NCBI GenBank assembly: GCA_040954595.2
Contig: CM082588.2
Location: forward strand, 7,153,847 to 7,217,846
From: Balanoglossus misakiensis
Lineage: Eukaryota; Animalia; Hemichordata
Direction of reading: 5' to 3'
DNA: 64,000 nt
Position numbers and translations under genes: made by a program. This document shows positions 38,901 to 49,387 of this stretch, one piece after another. Position 1 is the first letter of the stretch. Each line of letters starts with the position of its first letter. The notes under the pieces are model-generated. The model ran no database searches. It was not told the origin of the DNA and was given only the letters and a program-made list of their open reading frames with translations.

Positions 38901-40746
38901 TATTTCTGTGGTCTACAGATCTACTACTACCATGACATCATTATAATTTTACCTGGTGCTGATTGAAACTGCCGTCAAGATTATTCATTGACCTCTGAAC
39001 TTTTGTGATCATTTGCATACTGTGATCCATTTTCCCCTGCAGCATCCAATGGAGGACCAGAATTCCAAATAAACCGAGGCATATCTGTACACACTCAGGG
39101 TTGTGTCCAGCCAGCCATTGTAAGATGCGTGTGATGTCATCATCTGACTGTAAAACTGAAAATGTCTCTAAGTCTTCCGTGTTACGTCGGACACATAACT
39201 TCTTAACTGGGAACAGAAAATAACAGGGACTACTGTAAAACGGGTTATTTTCGCGACAGGAAATTTTCGCGATATCAAAAGAGGCAACTGTTACGCGAGG
39301 ATTAATTTTCGCGCTCTCGTATTTCACTAAATGCATCGTTATCCCCGAAAAACATTTTTAAGCGAGTTTTTATTTTTGCGTTGTGTTGGCTCTCTTGTAT
39401 TTTGCGAAAATTTATTGCTCACGAAAATAACCCGTTTTACAGTATTTCAGTATTTTGTACACAAAAGAGGTACATATGTTTTTGTGTTGACCTTTCAATG
39501 GTTTTCTGTATGACCATTCACTCATTTTGCAATTCTTCTAACTTTTATCTAGCTTTAAAGTTCACCTGACCTTTGAAGTGGTTGAACAAAAGATTATTGA
39601 ACTCTCTGCCGTATCTAACGAGTATTCTTGTCAAATTTATACTCCTTTCTAACTTTCTCTTTCTGGAATCGAAGTTTACAGATAATAGCAATTATAAAAA
39701 TTTTCACATTTTACCTCTGAGTAGGCTGTTCTGTATGTGTTGTCCTAGACAGTCCTCTGCAGTGAATTGATGGTGTTGAGTTATAAGTAAACACAAAGCA
39801 TAGTTGTAACTCACGGCTAATTCAATGTAAATGGTGTGTACATTAACAGAAAGTCCTGTAAGAGATGATCAGAGAGTAGAAGTTACAGTGATGTCTATAA
39901 TTTTAGTTTCGTTTGTTGTGTGTGCATTTCACTAACGGCATATGATAAATGTTGAAACGACCCAAAACGCCCGTTTCCTTGAGGAAATGGCTCGTTTCAG
40001 TTGGTTTATGGTCTTTTGGCTCATTTTGGCCCGTTCTGGGTCGTTTCAACATGTATCATATGCCTTTCACTAACCCATGAGCAGCAAAACCTTGCAAAAA
40101 TCATCTGTGAGTTGTGACTAAAATAAATGATATGGATGTCTGGATAATGAAAAACTCACCTATGACCCTATTGACTAGATCTCTTAATTCTTCAACGTGG
40201 GTTAATTTAATTCTGTCCAATTCTTGCATATCCTGATTAAGGAAAGAATATGTAAGACTAAGAGTAGTAGTTAGATATGACAAGACAATGCCTTAATATT
40301 TCCATGTGTATGTTTTGTGCTACAATCATCAAGATGGAATAAAATTCAATTCGTTATATGTATCTCGTACTGTAGACTTTACACTATGCACCACGACTCA
40401 AAATTCACTCTATCCCATTTCCATGCTCCCATCTGCAATCATCATGATCAATCCTTTCGCCCGATGTACAGTGTAATGTAGTGTAGTTTACCTGTATCAC
40501 TTCACAGATGTACCGGTTGTTTTTCCTGATGAAGTCATCGACTATGTCATATTTCTTGGAGGATCTTGCTGTGAAAACCGATTTCGCTCTTCTGAAGTGT
40601 CCGCAAAGGATGTGCTTGATACCTCGGGTCAAGGAATTGTCCTCCATAGTTGTTTCATCACATTCTGAAAAGGAACAGGCTATCGGAAACTCGGTTAGTT
40701 TACAACGGTGTCTCAGGTGATTACTAAAAGTTGAACTGTCCGCCAT
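23515..40746 (-). CDS. FANCG: Fanconi anemia group G-like TPR protein (14 exons, ~826 aa)
   Basis: Exons 40746-40492, 40232-40160, 39855-39715, 39206-38953, 38046-37929, 28140-27994, 27641-27499, 27098-26952, 26457-26279, 25911-25845, 25430-24902, 24480-24322, 23903-23747, 23626-23515 join in one open frame with GT-AG introns. Segments recall vertebrate FANCG in order: IYIELAVSYNY...IQNSLLR, AELETWNLLI, YIMARRCLDLQRYDVASQRYLDLMA, LLLSIQCNKDNQDAVYN. The exon-5 donor (gtgaaa) is weak. Confidence 0.8.
23913..23964. repeat. (AAAT)n microsatellite
   Basis: Directly visible. Confidence 0.95.
24035..24297 (+). mobile_element. Dispersed repeat fragment (second copy ~50490-50771)
   Basis: Shared blocks ggatatctcaaagc, ctaagctttc.gaaaatatatac, ccagagaaatgtttatt..aaagag.gaatttcttattctg...ccttaa. 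Confidence 0.75.
25582..25786 (+). mobile_element. TTAA-flanked non-autonomous DNA element (Kolobok-like AG...CT ends); inverted copy 38624-38798, fragment ~27130-27225
   Basis: ttaa|agggacaaagtc...gactct|ttaa; ~175 bp alignable in reverse complement at 38624-38798. Confidence 0.7.
26008..26228. mobile_element. MITE with ~24-bp TIRs
   Basis: taggccattttcatgacccctaca ... tgtaggggtcatgaaaattaccta. Confidence 0.7.
30060..33330 (+). CDS. MFS transporter, SLC16/monocarboxylate-transporter family, copy A (486 aa), nested in FANCG intron 5
   Basis: Exons 30060-30249, 30834-30977, 31571-32545, 33179-33330 (all phase 1). SLC16 motifs TAWINS, GPIASMLVNRY, IIRQYFDK..STVNGLAATG, YGWRGALLI, GPPSAGWIYD.SGDY..SFY.AG. 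Confidence 0.9.
31125..31453. mobile_element. TTAA-flanked MITE (Kolobok-like ends) in SLC16 copy A intron 2
   Basis: ttaa|aggtccaacagctgcc ... ggcagctattggagct|ttaa. Confidence 0.7.
34242..36625 (+). CDS. MFS transporter, SLC16 family, copy B (474 aa), nested in FANCG intron 5
   Basis: Exons 34242-34425, 34708-34851, 35249-36166, 36447-36625. Same intron positions as copy A; GPVASALISKFGVRPV, YGWRGALLI, GPPVAGLIYD. Confidence 0.9.
36622..36714 (+). mobile_element. piggyBac-type MITE (TTAA TSD, CCC...GGG TIRs) inserted at the stop codon of SLC16 copy B
   Basis: ttaa|ccctttcaccacca...tgggggtgaaaggg|ttaa. Confidence 0.8.
37105..37196 (-). mobile_element. Second, inverted copy of the same piggyBac-type MITE
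   Basis: Reverse complement aligns along the full length with 36622-36714 (ggtccaaccttacc.tagaaaacaa, ggtttggact.aaccatggtggtg.aagggttaa). A TIR-like end also occurs at 42241. Confidence 0.8.
38826..38905. repeat. 35-bp-stem hairpin (1 mismatch, 10-nt loop) in FANCG intron 4
   Basis: aaatacaatacagtatttctttgatgtacttggct-ttagtctgac-agccaagtacatcaaagaactactgtattgtattt. Confidence 0.85.
39231..39444. mobile_element. TA-flanked MITE (Tc1/mariner-type target)
   Basis: ta|ctgtaaaacgggttattttcg ... cgaaaataacccgttttacag|ta. Confidence 0.8.
39937..40064. mobile_element. Mutator-like MITE with 10-bp TSD
   Basis: TIR ggcatatgata.atgttgaaacgaccca; perfect direct repeat tttcactaac at 39927-39936 and 40065-40074. 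Confidence 0.8.
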
Positions 40747-41081
40747 TCAAGAAAGGTCGAAGGTCAAAGGTTACACGCTAAAATCGCTATTATTCACTGA
40801 AAATTTGCGTTATTGAACATGGTATTGATTTAGATGATACAAGCCATATACATTGTCAACTTATACTGTGTAATATGATTTGTAAATAAACAGAAATGAG
40901 GAAACGACACCAAAAAACAACTGGTCAGGTCAATTTGAAAACGAGGCTGAAGGAATCCCCGAAGTTTGTCGTCATCCTCATCGGAGTGTCCCAGGTCTGT
41001 GGCTATCTCTGCGAGGCTAGGTTGTTCCGCCAAAAACTACGTACACGAGTGTTCCGCAGCCATATTTTCCACAAAAGATAA
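40747..41081. promoter_or_regulatory. Probable bidirectional promoter and LSM10 5' non-coding exon
   Basis: FANCG ATG at 40746 (minus). Plus-strand donor aag|gtaaat at ~41081 could pair with acceptor ttcaattcag|G at ~41667 upstream of the LSM10 ATG. CpG-richer than the surroundings. Confidence 0.5.
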
Positions 41082-41717
41082 GGTAAATACAAGCAGAGCT
41101 TGCTTGTCGACGATATGATTTTACGGATCGGGCATATTATTTGAGTGGGGTGCGGGGAAATCCCCTTGTTCGCTTTATACGTTGATAGCATAGACTGGGG
41201 TGCCAATGACGTCCATAGTACCACATACATGTACGTCCATGCTTCTAGGTTCATGGACCATTGTTGCTGTAGGAACACAGCTATTTGATTGGGGGGTGCT
41301 TGCCTCCCCCCTGCATACACACACCAAATAGCTGTGTTTCCAATGCAGCTCATCCATTGATGCTATAATAGACTCATACACATACGTGTACTATAGTCTA
41401 TATACTAGTAGCTGGTCATGGTTCCAAGTATGTGTAATCTGTTTAGGGGTTAGATTTTCTCTGTGTTTACACTAAATTTTATTCCAGCCTTTACCCCCTT
41501 CAGACCCATAGCAAACCAGTCATCTCTGCTCCGGCCATTGAGGTGCCTAGTGTATTTTTTTAAATTTTAATCCAACTTACATTGTAACACCTGCACACAC
41601 AGGGCTGACATAAACGGCCTAATATGAACCCCACTAGTTATAAGTTTCTTATGCATTTTCAATTCAGGTGATTTTGTACTTGCTGGTTGCCATTTGACTT
41701 TTCACGTGATGTGAAAG

Positions 41718-42059
41718 ATGTCGTTGCGAGAACGCTTCCACTCTGAAAACACTTTGGTGTGTTTGCTTCAAGCCCTCACTGGGAAGGTGACAACTGTTGA
41801 ACTTCGCAATGAACGAACTGTGACCGGGACCTTGGAGAGCGTGGATGCGTACATGAATATCAGCATGACGGACGTGGAGTGCGTTGACCTCAGGGGGAAC
41901 GCGACGGCCCTGAGTGACTTCTTCGTGCAGGGCAAGATGATTCGGTTCGTGCAGATACCGGACGAGGTGAACATCGCGGACGCGATTAAGAGGCAGATCT
42001 GGGGTTGGCAGGAGAGGAGAACGGTCAAAGCGAGAAAACCGAAACCCAAAAAGAAGTAG
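41718..42059 (+). CDS. LSM10: U7 snRNA-associated Sm-like protein LSm10
   Basis: Single-exon 113-aa ORF. RERFHSENTLVCLLQALTGKVTTVELRNE..VTG.L..VDAYMNI..FFVQGKMIRFVQIPDEVNI is the LSm10 Sm fold. Confidence 0.92.
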   Translation: MSLRERFHSENTLVCLLQALTGKVTTVELRNERTVTGTLESVDAYMNISMTDVECVDLRGNATALSDFFVQGKMIRFVQIPDEVNIADAIKRQIWGWQERRTVKARKPKPKKK

Positions 42060-42500
42060 AACTTGAGAAGTAGTACTACAAGATGTTGTTAAATGTTCAA
42101 TGACAAGACCATACCTACAGAATTTAACGACTTGTAGGTTGCCATGGTTTTATTGAGTCACATGGCATTCAGACACCAATCACAAGAGAAACTCCCCATT
42201 CATCTTTTGAAGGACGTTATTAATCCAGGGGATGTATACATTAACCCTTTCACCACCGGGGGCCACAGTCAACTATAACATTGCTGGTAATGCATATATT
42301 GACTGTGGTGAGTGACAAACTGAATACTATGCATATCCACATGATGTAGGGAGTAGAACAAGAAAATAGGACACAGAACAAAAATATTGTCAAAGTTACA
42401 CAAACATGATAAACACAACGTAATGTATCCTCAGTCTTCAAATAAAGAAAAAAATTGACAGAAAATATCTGAAGAGGCTTAAAATCCACACAGTTCTTTA

Positions 42501-42646
42501 TACAGTCAAACCTGTTACTGTTTGTTACAGTCCCCATGCAATTTACATGTGCATGCATTAATTGACCTGTATATAAAGGCCACCTGTCTATAGACGTCAG
42601 TTTAGGAAAGTCCCTTGACTGGCCACTATACACAGGTTTGACTGTA
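42501..42646. mobile_element. Tc1/mariner-pogo type MITE
   Basis: ta|cagtcaaacctgt ... acaggtttgactg|ta; related fragment at ~24791. Confidence 0.75.
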
Positions 42647-43829
42647 ACATGACATATAGTCCATGGGCCAGAGACCGACCCCCCCCCCCCGGTGTTTTTG
42701 CAGACCAGTATATTCTATACTTGCTCTATACTGATTAAAAATACCATCAATCATACAAGAAGTGCCAAGAAATTATTTCACAGCAAGTCGAGATTAACTG
42801 CATTCTGGATAAGATTTTTTTTTTGCAAAATCAGCACTTTCATATAAAATGGCAAACACCAATAACTCGAACGTTGAAAGCGGCTTTTGCACCGAAATTT
42901 TCAGTGTCGTTTTATCAAGATGAATGGCCCGAGCACGTGTTGCAGTATGTCAGGAAGTCTCACAAAAGAACTGGCACGGTATCTATGTTGGAATTTAATT
43001 CTCAAAGATCATATCGTGTTCATCTCTTCATTTGGAATATACTCTACGTAAAAGATGACGCACGAGTTTTTATCTCTTTTTTATACTCTGTATAGTGTTA
43101 TCTCCACACCGTTTGTGAAAACGTACAAGTCATCAGGAATGATATAGTCCCCGCTTGAGAAACGTGAGTCCTGGTTATCAGTCCCAGTCCATAGTCCCAT
43201 GGCCGGAGGGGGGGGGGGGTTGGCTCTATACGTCCATGCGTGCGTGGGTATTACTCATTCAGTGATGCTGTTAATTAGGCCTACATGTGTGTCCTTTGAA
43301 GCACAGCATAGCCGACAAATTTCAATCATGAACGTACACCAATTAATGTAGAACGGCACTTTACAATAAGCATGTGGTGCCCAATGTTCATTAACGAGAG
43401 ATTAAACTCGCAGCTGTAGCCTTCATTAATTTTTTTTATGAAGATGCCGATAGCATTATACACACACACAACTTTTACTGTTTTTCACAGTATAACATTA
43501 ACACATAAGAATTGCTAAACTATTTTGGAACGACTGATAATTCAAAGTAGATAGCCGCAACTACTAGTATCATTCAGGCCAAAAGACTGCAATAGGTAGT
43601 CTTTGGGCAAGAAGCAGTTTGCATTGGCCCCAGAACTTTGTTTAAGGCCCCTTTGGAAACCGAAGTACAATGAAAGCTAACGTCATTAGTGACCCGTTTC
43701 AAAGCCTTTAACAAGTTTATCTATTTGCTCGTATGTCACATCAGATAGCCCGCTGTGTAATTTCCGCCACGGGCAAAATTATCACCAAGTACATTAAAAT
43801 TATAAAACCAGATAACAGCGAACAAAGTG

Positions 43830-45113
43830 TATATAAACGTGCTGTGGCATACACACTTCACCTTCAGCTAATTTGCAAGTATATCTTTGCTGTCTAGAGG
43901 TAAGTGTTGGAATGATTGGAAAATGCGTATGTGTGGAAAGGGGGGGGGGTATATGTTTGTAGTATGTATACATGTACTAGTATCTTCTTTATAGATTTGT
44001 GAACTTCACCGTTGCCATTGCAAAATACTGTGGATTCTCTTCATGGGTCAATTCACGATATTGTGTTAACAGCATAAAATCGAGAACAAATGTTATGTCT
44101 TTTTAAAAAATATTTACTCTTCACGTACCAACTACACAAAATGAACAATAATTCTGAGTTTGTCAAAATTTGGAGAAAAAAAAATTCTGGGATGTGAAAT
44201 CTTTTGTCATCTGATTGATTTCTGTAAATTTTCGTTTTTAGATATTTACACTTAACGTACCAAATCCACAAAGTGAACACATTTTTTCATTTTTGGAAGA
44301 AATGTGTCGATTTCTGCGCATGCGACTCTGGGATGTAAAACCTTTCGTCTAACTGATTTCTGTAAACCTTTTTTTTTTATCAAGACAGAGTTTTTATTTC
44401 TATATGGTACATGTGAGCTCGATTTATAACTAACGAATGGGGTTTTAAATTATTTAAAGAGCTTTAAAAAGTTAATATATTTTAAAACGTAGGCTAAATG
44501 TTTTTATTGAAGATATCAAATGCTTGCAGCTCAATGGGCATTAAAAGTACATCGGTAGATAATCGCTTGGCATGGCCAACGTCGAATTGAATTTCATTGT
44601 AATGTTTTCCATACTGCACGTCTTTATCACAGTTGTCTAATTTCATAGGTCGCTATTTAAATGTTTGGTTGTTTTTATAGCCTATTCTGTACTTCCCGAC
44701 AGTTCCACGTTTCCATAAGGCCATCATAGTGCCCATTGGGAGATATTTAACTCAGTCCTTGGGATAATTTCATTGCAAATGGCCGTTAATGAGACTGTTA
44801 GCCCATGTGCATAGAATCAACTGGTACCTTTTTTCATCCACTGTCATAGACAGTGTTAGCATTTTAACACCAACATTAAAATAATAGCCATTGAAAAATT
44901 GGCGAACACCTCAGGGGTGTGCGGGTGTGATAAAGTTATGGCCGTATGTCAAAAGTGCTAGCACAAGTTTTTACCAGATGTGTCTATTTTTTTTCAAATT
45001 TATCACATATTGTCTAAAATAAAACTTCTAACTTTCAATTTGACTTCAGGTTGCGAACCACTCAAGTATTTTTTCGTCGTGTTTATCTGACCCAACCAGT
45101 TAAAACTACAAAG
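43830..45113 (+). promoter_or_regulatory. TATA box and two 5' non-coding exons of Cys-rich peptide gene 1
   Basis: TATATAAA at 43830; donor gag|gtaagtgttggaat at 43900; exon 45050-45113 (cag|GTT...ACTACAAAG|gtatgt). All are mirrored in gene 2. Confidence 0.7.
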
Positions 45114-45765
45114 GTATGTATCCACTTTCGTATAATAAATCATGAACTTGGATCAACGATCGAGTAGACAATAGTGCCTGCGCCATTTTGTAACTGTGCG
45201 CATCGCAAGAAGTCTTCAGAGCAGGGCTGTTGTATCTATTCCGAAACTGTCACTGTTTTTATCTCGTTATAATTTCACCATGGTGATCATAGCAACTGCC
45301 AATTTGTCTGTCATATATGCATATCGAATCAAAACATCCAAACTATAACACTTTGGTAAGAGTTCTTGTATCAACTATCAAGAACAAGGTTTAGATATCC
45401 CTGATTGTATGACAGACGAGAAAAAGTGGAACCCGCAGAGTTTTGTACTTTTTATGGATGGAGTTATAAACTCATACAACATGTTCGCAATTATGTTTTC
45501 GCCAAAATAACTGTATGTCCGAACTTTTTTGTTCGTTTTTGCAACGCATGTGCAAACTAGCAGTTCGTGAAGTTGCATGGCAATGTCCGTGTGTATCACG
45601 AATCCTGGGTAATTCCGATGGGAACAGGCAATAAAATACCCCCCCCCCCCCCAAAAAAGTACCAAGATATAAACAGTTGTGTGTCCCCATGTAACCATCA
45701 GTAATACTTCGCATCATTTTTTGACTAAAAGCATCATATGTTACTCTTTTACATTTCGTTCCCAG

Positions 45766-45963
45766 ATGAGGGCAGTTCTGTTGGCAATTCTGGTGGTGTG
45801 TTTGGTGGGTGTTGCCGTGGGCAACTTCGACTGTTCATCAATGTGCTCCTACTGCGAGGACGCAGGCGCCTTGAGCCCGGAAACGATTACCCAGTGTGCC
45901 GATCTCTGCAGTGTTGGCGAAGAACAGCTCTGCACGAGCTATGTCGAAGAGACCGTGGGTTAG
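45766..45963 (+). CDS. Small secreted acidic 6-Cys peptide 1 (65 aa)
   Basis: Acceptor cccag immediately followed by ATG; signal peptide MRAVLLAILVVCLVGVAVG; mature part C-x3-C-x2-C-x13-C-x3-C-x7-C; paralog at 48936. Confidence 0.85.
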   Translation: MRAVLLAILVVCLVGVAVGNFDCSSMCSYCEDAGALSPETITQCADLCSVGEEQLCTSYVEETVG

Positions 45964-45969
45964 ACCACA

Positions 45970-46034
45970 GTTTCGGCAACGTCACTCCACGATTTCAGCA
46001 ACGTCACTGCTCCGCGATTTCCGCAACGTCCACC
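45970..46034. repeat. Three imperfect ~22-25-bp tandem units (tttc.gcaacgtcac) just after the peptide-1 stop
   Basis: tttcggcaacgtcac / tttcagcaacgtcac / tttccgcaacgtcca. Confidence 0.75.
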
Positions 46035-47369
46035 AAGAAAACTATAGGCAACCACTTAGACATCGGATCGTACAATGAACTTTCCTTGTAGTGTAGATTG
46101 TATACACCCAGATTTCATGTAAATTTATTGTATTTCCATCCAATGTCTGTAACATTCTAATGTAAAACAGAATACAGACTTGAAGAGCAAATACGTCTCT
46201 TTGTCTTTTTTCCTCCCAGCGCAATGGCCATCAAATCAGAATCCCGCCCAGTCAAATGGTAGCATTGGAAAACACGTGCCTCGTGGACATATATTTAGAA
46301 AATGATAGTTTTCCAAACCCTTAATTATCTAATTATTAAAGTGTGTTCACGAGAAGTCTATTTGAAAACAAAGAAGGAAACATGGTACTCATCGTCCTGT
46401 TTTCATAAAAAAAAACGACGACAAATTTGGAAAACTTTTTTGCTCTCTCATACAACATTTTGCGCAGGGGGGGGGGGGGCGTTATAAGCATACCAAGTAG
46501 TGCTACCTTTAACTGCGACTGCGCGTAGGTATGGATCCCATACGACACAGTTCCCGACAAGTCAAAGAAGAGAATCGAGACTTGAAGACAGAAAGTTGCC
46601 ATGTGCTCCCTTTTAGCACATTTCTTCAAAGACAAGCAACTGGCTTTCAGTGTCTTTTTCACCCCTAATTTACATATTTCCCTATATGGTCATAGGTGTG
46701 CCGAATCAAATGATTATGTGGTGACGTACTATTCACGGTTGGCTGCTTCGTTCATTCTAAGAATTATGTAATTTCAGGGATTTGATGAGTACGTACAAAC
46801 ATTTGAATGTCAAAACTGCCGTGAAGTAAAACAAACAAATTTGAGGACGAATGACCCTTGTCTAACAAAGGCGAGTTTTGACATGCGAGAAGTGGACTGG
46901 GTTTTGTTTTGTTCTCTTTTGTTTTGTTTTGTTTTGTTTTGTTTTGTTTTTGGGTGATAATATTACTAAACTGAAGCACCCAATGCACTAGCTAAGATCA
47001 CACGTGGTCGTTCATTGTCACCTTGAATGGGGAAAAAAACAGGACTGGTGTTTCTTCTGGAATAAAACCCAATGTTCAATACCTTACTTCTGCGCAACTC
47101 AAACCGTTTTCATTGTACATTCTATTCCAATAATGAGCACAACGCATTTGTCATTCAAGGCGTTTTGAAATCGTTATCTATTTCATCAGCAGTTGCGCTC
47201 GCATCCGTAACATGACGTCAGACAGGTTTTTCAGTTTACAATAACCCGGGAAATAGTCAATGAGGTTTTTTGTTTCCTCCAACGAGATAGCCACGTTGCA
47301 ATTTCCGCTAAAATTTCGCCAGAAGCGCGGTTAGCAGATTTTGTAAATCGAGATAAGGACAAGAAAGTG

Positions 47370-48209
47370 TATATAAGAACGTCATGTGCGAGGCAATCGT
47401 CACCTTTCCTGCTTCTGGTATCTGGAACTTTTGGAGGTAAGTGTTGGAATATCACATTTTTTAGCAAACACAACATTTGAGTATTTTTGGATAGCACATT
47501 CAAAGTGACAACTCCACCAGCATGTAACATTTGTTCTTGTTCACACGTAAAGAGTTATTTCAACTGTAGCCCTAAGCCATACCCCAACCAATAAGCTTTG
47601 TTAAAGGGAAGGAGTCCGCCGTCGCGTCATTTTCTTAACTAAACAGTGTCAGAAAACGAAGTTACGAACGCGATGCTAACCAAAACTCGCTACGATGAAT
47701 GTAGACACGGGCAGCGCCAAATATTCCCACAGAGCAGTTCCAAAATAAAACGTCTGTAAATTCAACAGCGCATTTGCGACTGTGATTTAACCGCACATTT
47801 TCCCTGCTGCATGCTAGTTCAGGGGCGCGTTTTATGCCAGCCGTGGTAAACAGTATTTACCATCGCTGGATTGGGCTCTCGTCCAATCAGATTGGCGGAC
47901 GGTAGCATGGTATAATATAATAAAGTTTAGAGTGGTTTTATTTTTTCGGATTGTTGCAAACAGTGGATTTACTCAAATGAAAATAATTAATAGTTTGCAG
48001 TCAGTCGTAAACATTGAGAACGCTTTAATAGTTCTTACATATCAGAACACAGCCAATTTTGTAGAATGGCCGACATTTCTTGTCATATATTTCCTCGTGT
48101 CTTCCTTAACTAATTCCTGTCAATTTTCTTATTCGACCTACCTCAGGTTTCGACAAACTCAAGTTAGCTTTCGCTGTGTTACCTGACTCGACCAGTTTAA
48201 ACTACAAAG
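47370..48209 (+). promoter_or_regulatory. TATA box and two 5' non-coding exons of Cys-rich peptide gene 2
   Basis: aaagtgtatataa ending at 47376; donor gag|gtaagtgttggaat at 47437; exon 48147-48209 ending ACTACAAAG|gtatgt. Confidence 0.7.
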
Positions 48210-48503
48210 GTATGTGTGGAGGATGTATTCATTACTATCAATCACGTGATCTGGCCATGTGACCCTCGGCATTGTCATTTCCAAATGAAGGGCAAGCAAA
48301 ATTTCGGCATCCAGTACAAGTTTTTCCGAGTATGTTTTTACTTTAGAACCGCCAGACATGTATCAGGTATAATGCCAATATCAGCCTCATGGCGTTTCGT
48401 CTGCACAGTCTTTGTCTGCACCACGTTGCTGAAGTTGCCCTTCATCTGGAAATTTGAATTTAACTGCGCCTGAGCACGTCTGACGTCATTTGATATCGAA
48501 GAA

Positions 48504-48646
48504 TTAAAGGTATACCGTCACCTTTAAAAAATTAACTATAGTTACGCAAAAAAAGGGCGCCACTATATGTTCCGTTTAGAACGCTCAAATACACCATTCT
48601 GCCATATATGGTCGTATGTAAATTGGAGGTGACTGTATACTTTTAA
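48504..48646. mobile_element. TTAA-flanked MITE; related fragments at ~20505-20598 and ~46660-46690
   Basis: ttaa|aggtataccgtcacct ... aggtgactgtatactt|ttaa; shared gccatatatgg...tatgtaaattggaggtgac.gtatac. Confidence 0.7.
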
Positions 48647-48935
48647 TGCAACTGTTTTCATCATAGCAATAACCAATGCTGTCTGTCTCATCTATATCGA
48701 ATCCAAACTATCGGGTCTGACATGATAAGAGATTTTAAGGGGGTACAGCTAATGATTAAAGTGATAGAACCTCTTCGTTTCTGTCCCGTTTGTTTAAAAT
48801 TTCGCGACCAGGAGATGTTGTGATATTAAAATAATGTCCTCAAAATATATTTGTGCTCGCACAAGTTTACAAAGCCGTGATGGTTTGTTCGCCTCTGTCG
48901 ACTCACAAGCATTTCATTTTTTTCTTTGTTCTCAG

Positions 48936-49139
48936 ATGAGGGCTGTTCTGTTGGCAATTCTGGTGGTGTGTTTGGTGGGCGCTGCAACTGCATTAAGTGA
49001 GTTTGACTGTTCAGTAATGTGCGCCTTCTGCGAGGAAGCTGGACTCTTCGAGGAGGCGAATCCCACCCAGGAAGAAGTCACCGCGTGTGCAGTCAAGTGC
49101 TGTGAAGGCGTGGAAAACGAGTGCACGAACAACCGCTGA
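48936..49139 (+). CDS. Small secreted acidic 7-Cys peptide 2 (67 aa)
   Basis: ctcag|ATG; MRAVLLAILVVCLVGAATA signal; C-x3-C-x2-C-x18-C-x3-CC-x6-C. Confidence 0.85.
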   Translation: MRAVLLAILVVCLVGAATALSEFDCSVMCAFCEEAGLFEEANPTQEEVTACAVKCCEGVENECTNNR

Positions 49140-49387
49140 GTGGGAAAATCCGACGATTCGAGCTCCTCCGTTATCTGGAATATCTAAATGCCTCACCAAG
49201 TCGACAAAATAAAATGGTGTATAGGCCTACACCAGGCTGCTGTATGCTGTATGAAATTACATTGTAGTGCGCAAATTGCATGTTAATTTGTTACTTTTCA
49301 GTTCCATGTGTTATAGTTTCCTTATTTGAACTCAATACAGTCTTGAAAAGCATATTTATTTCGCACATTGTCTTTATTTCAACAGGC

